Below, one piece after another: positions 8,740 to 17,802 of a stretch of 64,000 bases of DNA. The DNA is taken from assembly GCA_963794325.1 (NCBI GenBank), contig CAWCDG010000002.1, forward strand, positions 352,001 through 416,000, read 5' to 3'. The notes beneath the pieces are model-generated. The model saw only the letters and a list, made by a program, of their open reading frames with translations. It had not been told where the DNA came from and ran no database searches. The translations under genes and the position numbers were made by a program. Source of the DNA: an uncultured delta proteobacterium (GTDB taxonomy: Bacteria > Desulfobacterota > Binatia > Binatales > Binataceae). Position 1 is the stretch's first letter. Each line of letters starts with the position of its first letter.

Positions 8740-11121
8740 TTGAGCAGGAAGAAAAAGCCGCCGCGCTCGCAATTGCCTGCCGCGTCGTCAAAGCCTCGAC
8801 TCCTTTGGTTGCTTCCTTTAATTGCGCTGTCTGGAGTGGCGGTCGCGCTTGTGCTCCGACGGGCGCCAGAACCGGCCTCTCCGGTCGCAACAACACCTGT
8901 CGTGCTCGGCGCGAAATTCGTCGGTGCAGCAGAATGCGCGACCTGTCATCAGCACGAGAACGAACTCTGGCACGGATCGCATCATCAATTGGCCATGCAG
9001 CCGGCGACGGATTCGACAGTGCTGGGCGACTTCAATCACGCGAGCTTCGACAACAATGGCGTCACGTCAAACTTCTTCCGCAAGGGTTCGAAGTTCATGG
9101 TGCGCACCGACGGCCCGGGCGGTGCGCTTCATGACTACGAAATCGGGTACACGTTCGGTGTTTATCCGCTCCAGCAATATCTGATCGCGATGCCGGGCGG
9201 ACGCTTGCAGGCGTTGGGGATCGCGTGGGACACACGGCCGCGCGAGAGTGGTGGCCAGCGGTGGTTCTTTCTATACCCGGGCCAGAAGATAACGCCGCGC
9301 GATTCTCGCCACTGGACCGGTATCGATCAGAACTGGAACTACATGTGTGCCGATTGCCATTCGACCAACCTGCGCAAAAACTACGACGCCCGCACGCGCA
9401 CGTTTGCGACTTCCTACTCGGAGATCGATGTGTCGTGCGAGGCTTGTCACGGTCCCGGTTCGAACCACGTGACATGGGCGAAGAAGCAGGGCGATTGGGA
9501 GAAACTTGACGCGACCCAAGGCCTCACGATCGCACTTGACGAGCGCAAAGGCGTTGCTTGGCAGATTGATCCTGCGACCGGGAATGCGCGTCGAAGCTCT
9601 GCGCGTCAATCAGAGCGAGAGATTGAGACGTGCGCGCGATGCCATGCGCGGCGCGGCGAGATCGACGAAGACTATGTACATGGTCAGCCGGTGGGCGACG
9701 ATTACCGCGTCGCGCTGCTCGATGAGGACCACTATTTTCCTGACGGCCAGATAAAAGAGGAGGACTACGAATACGGCTCCTTCATCCAGAGCAGAATGTT
9801 CCACGCGGGTGTGACGTGTAGCGATTGCCACGAGCCGCACAGTTCCAGGCTTCGGGCCGAAGGCAATGGCGTGTGCGCGCAATGTCATTCGGCGCAAAAG
9901 TACGACTCGCCGGCCCATCATTTTCACAAAGTGGGATCGGCGGGCGCGCGATGCGTCGAGTGTCATATGCCAACGCGCACGTATATGGTCGTCGACGCGC
10001 GTCGGGACCATAGCATCAGGATTCCGCGTCCCGACTTGTCGATAAAGCTGGGCACTCCCAACGCTTGCACCAATTGTCATAACGACAAGTCCGCCCAGTG
10101 GGCATCTGATTCAGTGAACAAATGGTACGGTCACGCACCGGACGGATTTCAACACTTTGCTGAGACGCTAAATGCCGGATCGCAGGGAGCACCGGGCGCA
10201 CAACAATCGCTTGAGCGGTTAGTCGCGGACCTGGGGCAGCCGGCGATTGCCCGCGCCACGGCACTTTCGATGCTCGCCGCTTTCGCGCCGCCTCCAACCG
10301 ACGAGGCGGTTCGCGCCGGAGTCGGCGACCATTGGCCGTTGGTGCGTCGCTCGTCAGCTCGCGCATTGTCCAACGGCGATCCTGCGGCCAGCGCGAATGC
10401 ACTAACGCCGCTGCTTAGTGATCCTGTGCGCGCTGTGAGGATTGAAGCCGCAGAAGTGTTAGCTGGGTTACCCGCGAATAACTTACCCGCGGATGATGCC
10501 GCTGCTTTCAATCGCGCCACCGATGAATACATTAGTGCACAGGAACTGAACGCGAACCGCCCCGAAGCGCACATGAATCTTGGGTTGCTGTATGCGAGAG
10601 AGAATCACCTGGATAAGGCGGAGGCGGAACTCAAGACGTCACTGTTGCTCGACCCGAGCTTTGCCCCGGGAGCCGTCAACCTTGCCGACCTTTATCGCGC
10701 ACAGAACCGGGACGATGAAGGCGAACGCGTCCTCAAGGAAGCGCTCAGTCGTTCACCAGATGACGCGTCGCTGCAGCACGCGCTAGGTCTCCTGATGGTG
10801 CGTCAGAAGCACGGTGCCGAAGCACTCGACCTGCTAGGGGCAGCGTCGCACAGCGATCCTGGCAATGCGCGCTATGCCTACGTTTACGCGATCGCGTTAA
10901 ATGATGCAGGAAAGACTGCCGCCGCAATCAGCACACTGGACAGTTCTATCAAGGCGCATCCTTATGACCGCGATTCACTTGCCGCGCTTGTCGGCTTCCT
11001 GCAACAGTCAGGTGATTCTGCCAAAGCGCTGACCTATGCAAATCGGCTCAATGACCTCGAGCCTGACAATCCGCAAGTTCAACAGATGCTGAAGGACCTA
11101 CATGAGCATTCCCATGGCTGA
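8740..11121 (+). CDS. Multiheme (8x CxxCH) c-type cytochrome with C-terminal HEAT and TPR repeats
   Basis: CATCH, CADCH, CEACH, CARCH, CSDCH, CAQCH, CVECH, CTNCH. N-terminal TM anchor; HEAT-like 'LLSDPVRAVRIEAA'; TPR-like 'AHMNLGLLY'. Confidence 0.88.
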   Translation: MSRKKKPPRSQLPAASSKPRLLWLLPLIALSGVAVALVLRRAPEPASPVATTPVVLGAKFVGAAECATCHQHENELWHGSHHQLAMQPATDSTVLGDFNHASFDNNGVTSNFFRKGSKFMVRTDGPGGALHDYEIGYTFGVYPLQQYLIAMPGGRLQALGIAWDTRPRESGGQRWFFLYPGQKITPRDSRHWTGIDQNWNYMCADCHSTNLRKNYDARTRTFATSYSEIDVSCEACHGPGSNHVTWAKKQGDWEKLDATQGLTIALDERKGVAWQIDPATGNARRSSARQSEREIETCARCHARRGEIDEDYVHGQPVGDDYRVALLDEDHYFPDGQIKEEDYEYGSFIQSRMFHAGVTCSDCHEPHSSRLRAEGNGVCAQCHSAQKYDSPAHHFHKVGSAGARCVECHMPTRTYMVVDARRDHSIRIPRPDLSIKLGTPNACTNCHNDKSAQWASDSVNKWYGHAPDGFQHFAETLNAGSQGAPGAQQSLERLVADLGQPAIARATALSMLAAFAPPPTDEAVRAGVGDHWPLVRRSSARALSNGDPAASANALTPLLSDPVRAVRIEAAEVLAGLPANNLPADDAAAFNRATDEYISAQELNANRPEAHMNLGLLYARENHLDKAEAELKTSLLLDPSFAPGAVNLADLYRAQNRDDEGERVLKEALSRSPDDASLQHALGLLMVRQKHGAEALDLLGAASHSDPGNARYAYVYAIALNDAGKTAAAISTLDSSIKAHPYDRDSLAALVGFLQQSGDSAKALTYANRLNDLEPDNPQVQQMLKDLHEHSHG

Positions 11122-12190
11122 TTCGTCGGTAGATGGCAAAGGACGAGCTCCGATCGAGCTATGGATTGCTGGTGCCGCTGCAATCCTACTCGGCGCTCTG
11201 TGCCTTCTTGTACTAAGGCCTTTTATATCTGCCTCGTTGTGGGCGGTGATCCTCTGCTTCACGACCTGGCCGATGTTCCTGAGGCTGGAATCGATTCTGG
11301 GCGGACGACGAACACTGTCGGCGCTGCTAGCTACTTTGTTCCTGGCCGCGGTTATAGTCGTTCCCGTTGCGATCCTTGGAGCCACGCTGGCTGACAACGT
11401 ATCGAGCTTGATCGCGGCAAGTCAGAAACTCATCCAGCAGGGCCCTCCGAGTCCGCCTGACTGGGTCGCGAGTGTGCCGCTGATTGGCAGCCGCCTCGCT
11501 GACTATTGGAACTACTTGAATGAGAGCAGTTCGGTGAGGCTGCAGGAGTTAGCGCGGCTATTGCCTGCTGCCAAAACAATCGTCATATGGGGCGGTGGCG
11601 CTTTGGCCGCCGGAATCTTTCAGATCACTTTGAGCTTACTGATTGCGTTCTTTTTCTATCGCGACGGACAAGCCGCGGCGAATCAACTCCACGCCGCGCT
11701 TCGTCGGATCGCAGGGGGGAGCGGCGAGCGCCTTCTTGATCTCGCGGGCGCGACAATTCGGGCCGTCGTTTACGGTGTTCTTGGAACCGCACTTCTGCAG
11801 GGCGTAGTCGCCGCTATCGGCTTCGCTATCGCGAGAGTCCCTGGAGCTGTATCGCTGGGATTCGTCACCTTTGTGATGTCGTTTATTCCAGGCGGACCGG
11901 TGATCGTCGCGGCACCGGCTGCCTTCTGGCTCTATCGGCAAGGATCGATGGCGTGGGCGGTCTTTATGCTGGTGTGGGGATTGATGGTCGGGATGCTGGA
12001 CAATGTCGTGAAGCCTTTGCTCATCAGTCGCGGCGGATCGACCCCGATGATTCTCGTAATGTTAGGAGTTCTAGGAGGAGCGCTCGCCTTCGGTGTTATC
12101 GGGATGTTCCTTGGACCGACGCTGGTGGCATTGGGATATAGCCTTTTGGAGCAATGGGCCGTGTCCGCGAGCGAAGTGCGGCAAGCTTGA
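11102..12190 (+). CDS. AI-2E family transporter (YdiK-like)
   Basis: Polytopic membrane protein with 'DNVVKPLLISRG...GVLGGALAFGVIGMFLGP'. Confidence 0.88.
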   Translation: MSIPMADSSVDGKGRAPIELWIAGAAAILLGALCLLVLRPFISASLWAVILCFTTWPMFLRLESILGGRRTLSALLATLFLAAVIVVPVAILGATLADNVSSLIAASQKLIQQGPPSPPDWVASVPLIGSRLADYWNYLNESSSVRLQELARLLPAAKTIVIWGGGALAAGIFQITLSLLIAFFFYRDGQAAANQLHAALRRIAGGSGERLLDLAGATIRAVVYGVLGTALLQGVVAAIGFAIARVPGAVSLGFVTFVMSFIPGGPVIVAAPAAFWLYRQGSMAWAVFMLVWGLMVGMLDNVVKPLLISRGGSTPMILVMLGVLGGALAFGVIGMFLGPTLVALGYSLLEQWAVSASEVRQA

Positions 12191-12209
12191 TATCGACTGT
12201 ATTACCCGA

Positions 12210-15200
12210 TCACGGTCCGGTTCCTGTCAGGCCGATGTTGTGCGGGCTGGTTGGGTCGCTCGCGACGGTCACCGTCATGGTCGCGCTCTCCGCGGCACCG
12301 CCGGCGGTGGGCGTGAACTTCACCGCTATCGTGCACGACGAGTGTGGCGCCGTCGATGTTCCGCAGGTGCCGCCGGCGACTGCAAAGTCACTCGAGTTCG
12401 CGCCGCTGAAGCTCTCGCCCAACGGCAGCGAGAATCCCGACAAGTTGGTGACTGTCGCGTTCAGCGTCTTCGACGCCTTCGTCAGTGTGCCGTACGCGAT
12501 CGAAGTCGGCGCGACTGTCGCTGGTATGGTCGGTCCGGTGCTTATCGCTATGGTATGTGGACTGAGTGGATCGGGACTGTCAGCGATCGACAGCGTCGCC
12601 GATTCTGTTCCCAGCGCGCCCGGCTTAAACGTTACGAATATCGAGCACGCTTGGCCAGCGCCAAGGGTTGTCGCGCACGTTCCGCCAGTTACGAAGAAGT
12701 CGGCCGCATTCGTTCCGCCGAAGCTTTCGCTGAGAGTCACTGTCCGGGTCTGATGATTGGTCACGCTCAAGGACAGCAACGCCTTGCCGCCAAACTTCAC
12801 GCTTCCGAATACCAGGCTGCTCTTCGATGTGGTCAAACCGGCGATGCCGGCGCCCGATAAGGTCGAGTGCTGCGGGTTGGTAGTAGCATTGTCGAAGATC
12901 ATGAGCGTTGCACTGTGTGAACCGAGCGTGTTCGGCATGAACGCCACTCCTAGCGTGCAGCTGGTCTTGGGCGCGAGGGTGATTGGGATAGCACCGCATG
13001 TGCCCGTCCCACTTAGTGCATATTCAGCCGGGTCGGACGACGTCGTGCTCCCGATGATCAGCGGATGCGTCGCGCCGGTGTTATCGACCGTCAGATTCTT
13101 GGTAAGCGTCTGCCCCAAGGCAACATTGCCAAACGCGAGCGAAGCGGTCACGGACACGGTGGTGGTCGGTGTCGCAGTCGGCGTGGCTGTCGCAGTCGTG
13201 GTCGGTGTCGAGGTAGGTGTCGCCGTTCTGGTCGAGGTGGGAGTGGAAGAACTCGTTGGCGTAGTCGTGGAGGTCGCAGTCGGAGTAGCCGTGGCGGTCG
13301 CCGTTGCAGTAGCAGTCCTAGTAGCAGTAGGCGTTGCCGAAGGCGCGCCGCCGGTACCAAATGCTATCACGTTGGCCGAGTAGGCCGGGAAGTTGTACGA
13401 GAAATTTGTCGATAGCCCCGTTATAGGAGTACTAGCGATATTGGCAGAACCGACACCCGTCTTCGCCGCATTGTCCTGTGGTATGCCATAAGAGTACAGC
13501 GTCCCGCTGCTGCCCGGCGACGCGCCGCTGACGCTGATGTTGGTGTTGAACGCATTGCTCGGGCTCTTGTTCACGACCAGCAGCGTTAACCCTCCGGCAG
13601 TGCGCTCTGCGGCGCAAACGCTGACGAGAGGATAATCGCTGGCAGCGCCGACGAGTTGGTCGCCGCCACGTGCAAAGTGTTGCAAGAGCCTGTCGACATA
13701 AAACGTAGGATAGGTATCAGCGGGCCCTGCCGGATCGACACTGTCGGTAATGCCATAATCGCCGTACTGACGCCATCCGTAGAGCGATGAGGAATTGTTG
13801 TTGGTGGTTTCCTGACCGTTGCGCAAATCCCACCATACGACCGAATTAAACTCGGTGTTCATCGCGGCGCAGATACTGTCGGCGAGGAACAGACCGTTGA
13901 CCAGACTGGTCGTTTGCTTGCCGGGGTTCGAATAGACGGAATTGTTTTCAGTGCAGTCCAGCTCGACACCGCCGGCAGCAGCGGCAAGGTAGTCGTTCAA
14001 CTGCTGACGCAGATCGGCGGCGTCAGTAGTCCAGGTACCATTGGAAAGGAGCAGACCCGGATCGCTCTCGGCACCGGGCGCTTGCGCGTAGCGATGGTAA
14101 ATCAGGAAATCCGGCGTCACGCCGAGGCTGTGCAGCGTAGCGAGCATCACCGGCGTCCATCCGTTGTGCGTTTGCCCAGTTCTCGGATTAACCACCGGAT
14201 GATTGGTGTTGTTCGCGTAACTGTCCTCGCCGGTGACAGCGACGGCGCCTATCTTGATTGTAGGATCGACTGCTTTCATCTGCGCGTAGTATTGCTTGAA
14301 GCGCTGCGCGTAGGTGTAAGGATCGTGAGCGACAGTGTTAATATCGGTTTCCCACGATCCATAGCACTCGTTCCCGATTTCCCAATATTTGAATCCATAG
14401 TGATGTGTTACGTTGGATTCATTGACCCATGCGGCTGCCTCGGCCGGCGTGCCCGATCCGTAGTTGACGGTGATGAAGGCTTGAGTGCCGACCGCGGTTG
14501 CTACCTGAGCAAAACTGTCGAAGGACGTTGCCCACTGCCACGTATTGCTGTCTGTAGTGTTCGTGGCCCAGTGATAGTCGTCGGAGAGGGATCCACCGGG
14601 GAAACGCAGCGCCTGCGCGCCCATCGAGGTCAACAGACTAATCGTGTTGCTCGTGTCGAAGTCGGAATCCCATACGGCGGTGTTAACTGCAAAGTGGCGC
14701 GCATCGACGACACGCACCGGCTGTGCCGCATTCACCGTAACGTTCACGACGCTCGGGGGCGGCTGCGCCGTGACTGAGATCGTGTCTACGAAGAACGCCG
14801 GCTGCGTGGTGCCGCTGCGATCCTGGATCCAGAATCCGTCGAGGTCAGGCTGATTCTGCACCCCCAGCGAAGACAGTGGGAGAGTGATTTGCCTCCAGGT
14901 GTTCGCGGCAAGAGCAGGCAGAGTCACGACGGTCTGCGCCGTGCCATTGAGCGTCGCCTGTACTTGCAGCAACTGGCCACCAACCGGGCCGCCGTTAATC
15001 CAGAAGACCAACGCGGCGTAGGAGCTGGAATCGAAAGCGGCTTGATGCAGGTAGAGCGCCTGGTAAGGACCCGCGCTAACGCTGATGGAGTCGGTTCCTG
15101 ATTGTACCGGCGTCGTGTTGCTCAGATTCACTGTCGCCCAGCTCCAGTTCTGCCAGCCGTTGACCAGGGCGTCCGAATAAACGGACTGGTCGGTTTGCGC

Positions 15201-15293
15201 GTGGGCGATAGCGGGCAGCGCAACGCAGCACAGCAGCGGCGTCAAAACCGTAAGGAGCGATCGCATGCGGCGCGATATGACAGAAAGAGTCAT
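12210..15293 (-). CDS. Secreted modular glycoside hydrolase (clan GH-A, GH51/arabinofuranosidase-like) with Thr-rich linker and three Ig-like (ASH/choice-of-anchor D) domains
   Basis: LRFPGGS..DDYHW, YWEIGNE (acid/base), CTENN (candidate nucleophile). N-terminal CBM-like module. TATATPT linker. Three 'L.FG...F.V.GGTC...C.I.V.F.P' repeats. Confidence 0.78.
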   Translation of the reverse strand: MTLSVISRRMRSLLTVLTPLLCCVALPAIAHAQTDQSVYSDALVNGWQNWSWATVNLSNTTPVQSGTDSISVSAGPYQALYLHQAAFDSSSYAALVFWINGGPVGGQLLQVQATLNGTAQTVVTLPALAANTWRQITLPLSSLGVQNQPDLDGFWIQDRSGTTQPAFFVDTISVTAQPPPSVVNVTVNAAQPVRVVDARHFAVNTAVWDSDFDTSNTISLLTSMGAQALRFPGGSLSDDYHWATNTTDSNTWQWATSFDSFAQVATAVGTQAFITVNYGSGTPAEAAAWVNESNVTHHYGFKYWEIGNECYGSWETDINTVAHDPYTYAQRFKQYYAQMKAVDPTIKIGAVAVTGEDSYANNTNHPVVNPRTGQTHNGWTPVMLATLHSLGVTPDFLIYHRYAQAPGAESDPGLLLSNGTWTTDAADLRQQLNDYLAAAAGGVELDCTENNSVYSNPGKQTTSLVNGLFLADSICAAMNTEFNSVVWWDLRNGQETTNNNSSSLYGWRQYGDYGITDSVDPAGPADTYPTFYVDRLLQHFARGGDQLVGAASDYPLVSVCAAERTAGGLTLLVVNKSPSNAFNTNISVSGASPGSSGTLYSYGIPQDNAAKTGVGSANIASTPITGLSTNFSYNFPAYSANVIAFGTGGAPSATPTATRTATATATATATPTATSTTTPTSSSTPTSTRTATPTSTPTTTATATPTATPTTTVSVTASLAFGNVALGQTLTKNLTVDNTGATHPLIIGSTTSSDPAEYALSGTGTCGAIPITLAPKTSCTLGVAFMPNTLGSHSATLMIFDNATTNPQHSTLSGAGIAGLTTSKSSLVFGSVKFGGKALLSLSVTNHQTRTVTLSESFGGTNAADFFVTGGTCATTLGAGQACSIFVTFKPGALGTESATLSIADSPDPLSPHTIAISTGPTIPATVAPTSIAYGTLTKASKTLNATVTNLSGFSLPLGESFSGANSSDFAVAGGTCGTSTAPHSSCTIAVKFTPTAGGAAESATMTVTVASDPTSPHNIGLTGTGP

Positions 15294-15478
15294 ATTATTA
15301 CAATATGTATAATCGAATCGCGTCGGAGAGCAAAGAGAGTCTCGACAGTTTGCCAAACGTCGCCGTCAAAATGGGCAAAGAGCCATCCGCTGGCGACTTG
15401 GGCCAAGCGCGGCGTACTTTTTCCGCTTCTTCAAAAGGTTGAAGTCTTCGGAAACTCAACCGGTTTCGCCGGGAAGGT

Positions 15479-15496
15479 ATTGTACTTTGGTACAAT
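15479..15496. promoter_or_regulatory. Palindromic operator ATTGTAC-TTTG-GTACAAT (copy 2)
   Basis: Identical to 5726-5743; extends to TATTGTACTTTGGTACAATA; about 105 nt upstream of the 15603 operon. Confidence 0.7.
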
Positions 15497-15602
15497 AGCC
15501 GGAAACTTCTATGCGACGCAGAATGTGTTCCTCGAAACTCAAGTTCAACTCTCTCGATGGCGCTGAAGCGAGAGAACAGAATTGGGATCAAGGAGAACAC
15601 GC

Positions 15603-15920
15603 ATGTGGAATGCAAAAGCGGTGCTCCGTCGGATTGTCGTGCCCGCCGTCGGCGTCCTTACCGTGCTCTGGTTCGCTGGAGTAACCAGCGCTCAGTACGG
15701 TCAGTACCCGGTACTGGACCGGGTCGCCAATAAAGTAATTCAGAAATACCAGAACTCATCTTGCGAGCAATTGTGGCAGGAGCGAGGGCAGCCGAAATCG
15801 CAGCGGGAACAGGAGGCGGTTAACTTTCTGCACAACGATCCGCAGATGCGCAGGATGTTCATCGACCGAGTAGCGGCGCCTATCGCGAACAAGATGTTCG
15901 AATGCGGGATGATACCATGA
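15603..15920 (+). CDS. Small exported hypothetical protein
   Basis: AGGAG RBS, signal peptide, 'YQNSSCEQLW...ANKMFECGMIP'; stop overlaps the next ATG. Confidence 0.7.
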   Translation: MWNAKAVLRRIVVPAVGVLTVLWFAGVTSAQYGQYPVLDRVANKVIQKYQNSSCEQLWQERGQPKSQREQEAVNFLHNDPQMRRMFIDRVAAPIANKMFECGMIP

Positions 15921-16784
15921 GCGCCGCAACTCGATACCAATCAACCTGCGCTCTGCTAATCGCGTTCAGCGTATTTCTGAGCATGCCTGCCAATGCCCAG
16001 ACCGCGCACAAGGTCTCGAAGCCTTCGAAGGCGGCGGTCCAGGCTATGCCGGCGCCCGCGCCGGTGCTCGAGCCCAAGGCTATCGCGATTCTGAAAGCCG
16101 CATGCGCCAAGCTTGCCGCAGCCCATTCGATGTCCTTCACCGCGGTCATCAGCTACGAGAACCCGAGCCGGCTTGGCCCTCCGCTCATCTATACCGTACG
16201 CGACGATGTAACTTTGCAGCGTCCCGACAAACTCAAGGTGATAACACCGGGTGACGGTCCTGCCAACGAGTTCTACTATGACGGCAAGACCATGTCCGCG
16301 TATCGCACCGGCTGAGAACCTCATCGCAGTGGCCAGTGCGCCGCCGACGATCGACGCGATGCTGGATGCGGCCCAGCGAGATGCCGCCATTTACTACCCC
16401 TTCACCGATGTGATCGTCGCCGATCCTTATAAGGGGATCGCCGATGGGATGACGACCGCCTTCTACATTGGGCAATCGCACGTGATGGGAGGGGTCACGA
16501 CGGACATGGTCGCAGTCAACAACAGCTGGGTGTTTGAACAACTCTGGATCGGTGCCGACGACAAGCTGCCCCGGATGGCTCGCGCAGTATTCCACGCCGA
16601 CCCAGTCGGATTGCGCCATCAGATCGAATTCTCTAATTGGCAAATCGATCCAGTAATTGCCGCGGATGCTTTCACATCGCCCGGCCTCGCATCGGCGAAG
16701 CGAATCTCGTTCAGCCGACCGGACCCGCAGCTACCGCCAGGTATCAAGCCTCCGAAGCGCACCATGTCATCGACGGCAAATTGA
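15917..16784 (+). pseudogene. DUF2092-family (LolA-like) periplasmic protein with a +1 frameshift near 16304
   Basis: 'LQRPDKLKV...FYYDGKTMSAY' continues as 'APAENL...PPTIDAML...QLWIG.DDKLP' after removing one C. Span is 868 nt (3n+1). Confidence 0.75.
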
Positions 16785-16795
16785 GGAGTCGCATC

Positions 16796-17728
16796 ATGAA
16801 AAAAGCTCTGATCGGCTTACTAGGTCTCTCGATCGTGGCGCTTTTGCCCGGCCTCGCTGGAGCCTGGTCTCATGCCGGAAGATATGGTGGCTCTGAATCC
16901 GGTGGAGGTGGTTCCTGGAACGCCAATGGCGCCCGTGGGGCTTCCGCGTCGGGCGGAGGTGGCTCCTGGAGCGGCAAAGGCGCCTTCGGCGGCTCCGCAT
17001 CAGGCGGCGGCGGCTCCTGGAACGCCAGGGGTGGCAACGGCGGCCACGCGTCGGGTGGAGGTGGTTCATGGAGCGGCAAAGGCGGCGACGGCGGCTCCGC
17101 ATCAGGTGGAGGCGGTTCGTGGAGTGGTCATACTGAAAATGGCGGAACCGCTTCGGGTGGAGAAGGATCGTGGAATGCTCACGGAGCCAATGGAGGCAGC
17201 GCATCGGGAGGCGAAGGCTCATGGGGTGGCCAAGGCGCCAACGGTGGAACCTATAATCACAGTTATTACGGCAATACGTCGACCTACAACGGGAATACCT
17301 ACCACGCGAGCAACAACTACGCGACGACTACCTATAGCAACACTGGAACTTACTACGGCGGCAGCTATAGCACCTATCATCCACCCACTACTGTCAACTA
17401 CTACGGCAGCAGTTGTTCCAACTGCGGAGGCTGGAGCACCGCTGGCGCCGCTGCTGCGGGAGTCGCGGTCGGGGCGGTGGTCGGTGCGACAGTAGCTAAT
17501 GCGAACTCGAATGCAAACGCGGCGAACGCGTACAACTCCGGCTACGCTGCCGGCAGCTACAATACAGCGTACGCGATGGGAGCGATCTATCCGATGACAC
17601 CCCCGGGCGCCATTCAACAATACGTCAACGGCACGACCTACTACTTTTACGGCAACACCAATACCTGGTTCCTGCCTTCTTACGGCGCGAACGGCGTTTA
17701 CTATCGCGTGGTGCCTACCCCAGATTGA
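16796..17728 (+). CDS. Secreted glycine-rich repeat protein
   Basis: GAGGAG RBS, signal peptide, seven ~17-aa GGSASGGGGSWxxxGxx repeats, then a Tyr/Asn/Thr-rich region. Confidence 0.75.
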   Translation: MKKALIGLLGLSIVALLPGLAGAWSHAGRYGGSESGGGGSWNANGARGASASGGGGSWSGKGAFGGSASGGGGSWNARGGNGGHASGGGGSWSGKGGDGGSASGGGGSWSGHTENGGTASGGEGSWNAHGANGGSASGGEGSWGGQGANGGTYNHSYYGNTSTYNGNTYHASNNYATTTYSNTGTYYGGSYSTYHPPTTVNYYGSSCSNCGGWSTAGAAAAGVAVGAVVGATVANANSNANAANAYNSGYAAGSYNTAYAMGAIYPMTPPGAIQQYVNGTTYYFYGNTNTWFLPSYGANGVYYRVVPTPD

Positions 17729-17802
17729 TTTATCTAACTGGCGAAGGGGACTTCTTGATTGCTGTAGGTCGAAGTGGAATTGCCGTGGGAGGGCATCGTC
17801 TG

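Noticed and set aside
13140-13340. Repetitive DNA here and at about 50050-50450 as possible CRISPR or VNTR
   Set aside because: These encode Thr/Ala/Pro linkers within CDSs; there is no constant repeat with unique spacers and no cas genes.
16290-16320. Programmed frameshifting in DUF2092 and the other broken host genes
   Set aside because: No slippery heptamer at the breaks, and all are +1 insertions; sequencing error is more parsimonious.
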